Source of the DNA: an uncultured delta proteobacterium
GTDB taxonomy: Bacteria > Desulfobacterota > RBG-13-43-22
DNA length: 64,000 nucleotides
Direction of reading: 5' to 3'
NCBI GenBank assembly: GCA_963743305.1
Contig: CAVUPH010000020.1
Location: forward strand, 132,813-196,812
Position 1 is the stretch's first letter. Each line of letters begins with the position of its first letter. Of the stretch, positions 61,668 to 64,000 are shown piece by piece. A program made the position numbers and the translations under genes. The notes under the pieces are model-generated. The model had not been told where the DNA came from, ran no database searches, and saw nothing but the letters and a program-made list of their open reading frames with translations.

Positions 61668-61892
61668 ATGAACATCGAACACTGAACATCGAACGCCCAA
61701 CCTCGAATGAAAAACAAACCTTTATTGCCGAACAGGGAACACCCGTTTCTGTATTTTTTCCCATTGAACATTCGATGTTGGACGTTCGATGTTCGATGTT
61801 CATTGCATTTTGAAATTTGCACTTTGCATTACTCATTACTTTTTTCTCTCTTCTGTTGTCTTTTCTTCCCTCTTCTCTCTTCCATCCCCCCC
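61668..61892. repeat. Heptamer element E followed by ttgcatt-type and pyrimidine-rich heptamer tracts
   Basis: aacatcg arms 61668-61803; ttgcatt ttgaaat ttgcact ttgcatt; cttctct/cttccct units. Confidence 0.8.
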
Positions 61893-63962
61893 CTAGCGGC
61901 CCGGTTTCTGCCGGTACATGTTGAGATCCGCTTGGCGCAGGATTTGATCATATTCTTGGCAATCCGAATGATCTCCCAGAGAAACCGTCAAATAACGGGT
62001 TTGGTTGTTTTGGTCTAAGACGCTCAAGTTTTTCAGGGTGACTATCAGCCGTTCCCGTACAAAGGCCAGTTGCTCCGGGTCGGTCCGGGGCAGGATCACC
62101 ACGAATTCGTCCCCTCCGAAGCGGGCCACGATATCCGTGGTCCGCAGGCAGCTCTTGATGATTTCGGCGGTCTTTTTTAAGACCTGATCTCCCACTAAAT
62201 GCCCATAGCGATCATTCACTTCCTTGAACCGATCAATATCCAGCAGAATCATACTAAGATGATCCCGGTAACGGCGGGCCTTGGCGACCTCTTCTTCCAG
62301 TCTTTTTTCCAGGTATTGGCGATTATAGACCCCGGTGAGACCATCCTTGGTGGCCAGTTCGGAAAGTTTGGCCTCGAGGGCTTTATGCTCGCTTAGATCC
62401 TGGATGGACTCGATGGCCCCCCATAGTTCACCCGCCTGATCATAGATGGGGGCAGACATGAAATGCAGATAGCGGTCTTTCCCCCCGAGGGATTCAAAAA
62501 ATTCCTCGGCTTCAAAGCCCCCCGTCAACAAGGGATAAGCCCGCAATTTCTTATCCCCGTAGAGGCGGCCTAGGAGGGCCAGGTTTTGAGACAGGATGAG
62601 GTTGGCCAGGACCGGGCGTTCGACCGGATAAAAGGGTTTCCAGATATCCCGGCTGCCCGTTATTTCTTCACCTGAAACGCCGGTCAACTCGACACAGGCC
62701 CGATTCCAAAAGACCACCCGGTGGTCCCGGTCCAGTACAAAGGTCGGGATGGGACTGCCGTTGACCAGTTCCTCCATGATCGCCTTTTCCCGGGTTAAAA
62801 CGGCCTCCAGGGTCTTTTGCTGGGTCAAGTCATGGAAAAAACCGACACTGCCGATTTCCCGGTCCCCTTCATAGAGAAGGCTTCCGGAAAGACGCATGGG
62901 CAGCGCCGTACCGTCCTTGGTCAGCAATTCCGTCCGGTAATCCATCAGCTTGCCGACCCCCCCGAAGTCCGGGCTGCGCAAGGCCTCTTTAACCTCGTGG
63001 GCCTTGCCGGGAGGATACAACCGGGTAACATGGATCCGGCCAATGACTTCTTCCGGGGCATAGCCGATAATCTTGCCCGCCCCCTCATTGAAAGTTATGA
63101 CCTGGCCTCGCGGATCCACCGAGATAATCCCGTCCATGGAGCTTTGGATCAACGATTGCTCAAAGTCCAAACTGCGGCGCAGTTCCTTCTCCAGGTTTCT
63201 CTTGCCCGTCACATCCCGGAGCATGACCGTGATCCCGGCTTGGGTTCCCCCCTCGTCCAGGTAACGAAAGGAAGTCAGGCTGATGTCCAAAAGGGCCCCC
63301 GATTTGGTCAAGCGAAGGGTTTCAAAGTCCTGGAGCACTTCGCCTCCCAGGACTTTCCGGATACCCTCCCGGGTGGGCGCCATTTCGGATTCAGGGACAA
63401 AGGGGATTTTTTGCCCGGAGAGTTCCGGCAACGTCCAGCCAAAGGTCTGTTCGAAGGCCGGATTAAGATAACGAACCGTCCCCTCAAAGTTGTAAATCAC
63501 CAAAGGGATAGGGCAAGTCCTCAAAAAGGACTGGAAGGTTTCCTCCAGCTTCAGCAGTTTTATTTCCTTGGTGATATCCCGGGCGATCCCCACCAGTCCG
63601 GCCACGCGGCCGTTTTGAACGAAAGGCGCTTCGTTCACCTCCAACAGCAGTCGTCGGCCGTTTTTATGGCGAATTTCGACCGGGTAGGGCGGACATTTTT
63701 TCCCTTTTTCCAGGGCCTCCCGGGTCAAGACATGGACCCGCTCATTCAGGGGATTGGCGGTCATGAAAGTGCTGTAATGGACCTTCCATTCCTCCTGGCT
63801 GTAGCCGGTGATCTTACTGACTCCCGGGGAGACATGCAGGAAATGCCCTTCGGCATCGTGGAGGTACACAAAGGCCTCGGAGGACTCGTTCAGGAGCTGG
63901 AGGACTTCCAGAAAGGGAAGGCCATCCTCTGACGGCAAGGGGGTGTCGGTGTGCTGATCCAC
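61893..63962 (-). CDS. Multi-PAS diguanylate cyclase
   Basis: About four PAS-PAC repeats; DGLTGVYNR, DIDRFK, RTTD I-site and GGDEF. Confidence 0.93.
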   Translation of the reverse strand: MDQHTDTPLPSEDGLPFLEVLQLLNESSEAFVYLHDAEGHFLHVSPGVSKITGYSQEEWKVHYSTFMTANPLNERVHVLTREALEKGKKCPPYPVEIRHKNGRRLLLEVNEAPFVQNGRVAGLVGIARDITKEIKLLKLEETFQSFLRTCPIPLVIYNFEGTVRYLNPAFEQTFGWTLPELSGQKIPFVPESEMAPTREGIRKVLGGEVLQDFETLRLTKSGALLDISLTSFRYLDEGGTQAGITVMLRDVTGKRNLEKELRRSLDFEQSLIQSSMDGIISVDPRGQVITFNEGAGKIIGYAPEEVIGRIHVTRLYPPGKAHEVKEALRSPDFGGVGKLMDYRTELLTKDGTALPMRLSGSLLYEGDREIGSVGFFHDLTQQKTLEAVLTREKAIMEELVNGSPIPTFVLDRDHRVVFWNRACVELTGVSGEEITGSRDIWKPFYPVERPVLANLILSQNLALLGRLYGDKKLRAYPLLTGGFEAEEFFESLGGKDRYLHFMSAPIYDQAGELWGAIESIQDLSEHKALEAKLSELATKDGLTGVYNRQYLEKRLEEEVAKARRYRDHLSMILLDIDRFKEVNDRYGHLVGDQVLKKTAEIIKSCLRTTDIVARFGGDEFVVILPRTDPEQLAFVRERLIVTLKNLSVLDQNNQTRYLTVSLGDHSDCQEYDQILRQADLNMYRQKPGR

Positions 63963-64000
63963 GGATTGTTCCTTTATAGGTACTTTAGCTCTTACATGTT

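Overview
About 64 kb of mostly core chromosome from a GC-rich anaerobe. Gene content and order (queA-tgt-yajC, dprA-topA-trmFO, split gcvPA/PB, polX, trpB2, multiheme cytochrome) suggest Desulfobacterota; this assignment is inference. The window holds three tRNAs (Pro-TGG, Leu-TAA, Lys-CTT) and about 55 CDS. Roughly a dozen CDS carry apparent frameshifts that look like long-read indel errors. I found no CRISPR array, integrase, transposase or reverse transcriptase. Main points of interest: (1) A five-gene lipid operon at 20.1-25.3 kb couples two acyltransferases, a B12-binding radical SAM enzyme and two stand-alone PlsA/PlsR(Ger)-like reductase domains. It is a candidate ether-lipid or modified-lipid pathway. 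(2) Many small non-autonomous intergenic elements occur: a ~330-nt structured element with compensatory stem changes and a TTA target duplication (two copies); a TIR 'shell' element with different palindromic cargos that forms a tandem array in the gcv operon and overlaps the TGA stop codons of mpl and maf; and inverted periodic repeats of 6, 7 and 9 nt period, two of which flank tatD. (3) Possible decayed islets lie at tRNA-Pro and tRNA-Leu. (4) There is a tautomerase-coiled-coil fusion and a probably leaderless vapBC.
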